Positions 16,340-17,424 of a stretch of DNA of 17,424 nucleotides are shown one piece after another. The stretch covers positions 789,494-806,917 of the forward strand of contig CP070655.1 of the NCBI GenBank assembly GCA_020354945.1. Direction: 5' to 3'. Made by a program: the position numbers and the translations under genes. Origin of the DNA: Candidatus Omnitrophota bacterium (GTDB lineage Bacteria > Omnitrophota > Gorgyraeia > JABMRG01 > JAFGKX01). Within the stretch, counting starts at the first letter, position 1. Each line of letters starts with the position of its first letter. Below the pieces are notes generated by a model. It was not told where the DNA came from. It saw only the letters and a program-made list of their open reading frames with translations, and ran no database searches.

Positions 16340-17424
16340 TCACAGCTTAAGTAGTTTCGCCCCATAAATATTTTTTGCCTTCCTTATCTGATTAAGAACC
16401 TTTTCCGGAACAAAACTATCTACATTGCATACGCTGACTGCTCTTCCGCCCGGTTTTTCTCTGCCGAAAGTCATAGCCGCTATGTTTATCTTGTTTTTAC
16501 CGAGAATAACTCCGATTTGTCCGATTATACCAGGAACATCCTTGTTAGATGCAAATATCATATACCCTTTCGGTTCGATATCTACATAGAAATTATCTAC
16601 TTTAACAATTCTGGGCTGGTTGTTAGCAAAGAGGGTGCCGCTTACTTCTAATTTTTTATCACTGGTCTTTAGTGTCGCAGATATTAAATTTGCAAACTCC
16701 TCTACGCCGGAAGTCTTAGCTTCTGTAACTTTTATACCTCTTTCGCTGGCTATGACAGAAGCATTCACATAATTAACCATCTCCCCTACAACAGGACTAA
16801 GCAACCCTTTAACTAAGGCTACTGTTATAGGGGTTAGGTTATGCTTGGTTATTTCGCCGCTATAGGTAATATTTACTTCTCTTACCCTGCCTTCTACAAG
16901 CTGGGCTAAAAGTGCGCCCATTTTTTCCGACAAATTAATGTAAGGCTGTACGACCTTATATGTTTCACGGTCGATGTATGGAATATTAATTGCATTTCTT
17001 ATCCCTCTACCCATAAGAGCGTCCACTATCTGTTTTGCTACCTGCACAGCCACATTAACCTGTGCTTCCTCTGTAGAGGCTCCAAGATGAGGAGTGCCTA
17101 TAACTTTATAGGATTTTAATAATGGATTTTTAGCTGGAGGTTTTATTTCATAAACATCCAGGGCGCAACCTGCAATCTTTCCGGATTCAATGCCCTTTAA
17201 CAGGGCTTTTTCGTCAATAATGCCTCCTCTGGCTGTATTTATTATCCTGACACCCTTTTTCATCAGTTTTATCTGTTTATCGGATATAAGATGTTTGGTA
17301 TCAGAAGTCAAGGGTTTATGCACTGTTATATAATCTGAACATGCGAACAACTCTTTTAAATCTACCAGTTCTATCTCCAGCTGTTATGCTTTATCAATGG
17401 TAAGGTAAGGGTCATAAGCTATAA
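16340..17424 (-). CDS. serA: D-3-phosphoglycerate dehydrogenase (long form with C-terminal regulatory/ACT domains), 5'-truncated; in-frame TAA at 17384-17386 (pseudogene or sequence error)
   Basis: INTARGGIIDE, ALDVYE, TPHLGASTEEAQ, ACT-like NKDVPGIIG. The same frame upstream of the listed ORF reads IAYDPYLTIDKA*QLEIELVDLKELFACSD. Confidence 0.92.

Noticed and set aside
17348-17350. TTG start for serA given in the ORF track
   Set aside because: It is an internal Leu codon; homology continues upstream past the in-frame TAA.
17384-17386. Stop-codon reassignment or selenocysteine/pyrrolysine readthrough in serA
   Set aside because: The codon is TAA, and TAA, TGA and TAG all end genes normally in this window.

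Overview
A co-oriented (all minus-strand), AT-rich bacterial housekeeping region. In transcription order: serA (5'-truncated by the window, with an in-frame TAA), purA, a Na+/Pi cotransporter with PhoU-like domains, a secreted hypothetical protein, an OmpA/MotB-type lipoprotein, uppS-cdsA-dxr-rseP-ispG-proS-lgt, a radical SAM protein, yggS, an inositol monophosphatase-family enzyme, trxB, a group III pfkA, and the 5' end of rimP (absent from the ORF track). Gene content and style suggest a PVC-group organism such as Candidatus Omnitrophota; this is inference only. I found no transposase, CRISPR array, tRNA or rRNA. The notable signal is small-scale. A family of 7-bp tandem repeats (coding-strand consensus about TMAGTYR) occurs at four sites: translated in-frame inside proS and ispG, supplying the ompA/motB stop codon, and as a head-to-head inverted array between serA and purA. 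Other larger intergenic gaps carry different REP-like palindromes or 10-bp repeats. Two consensus sigma70 promoters overlap palindromes.
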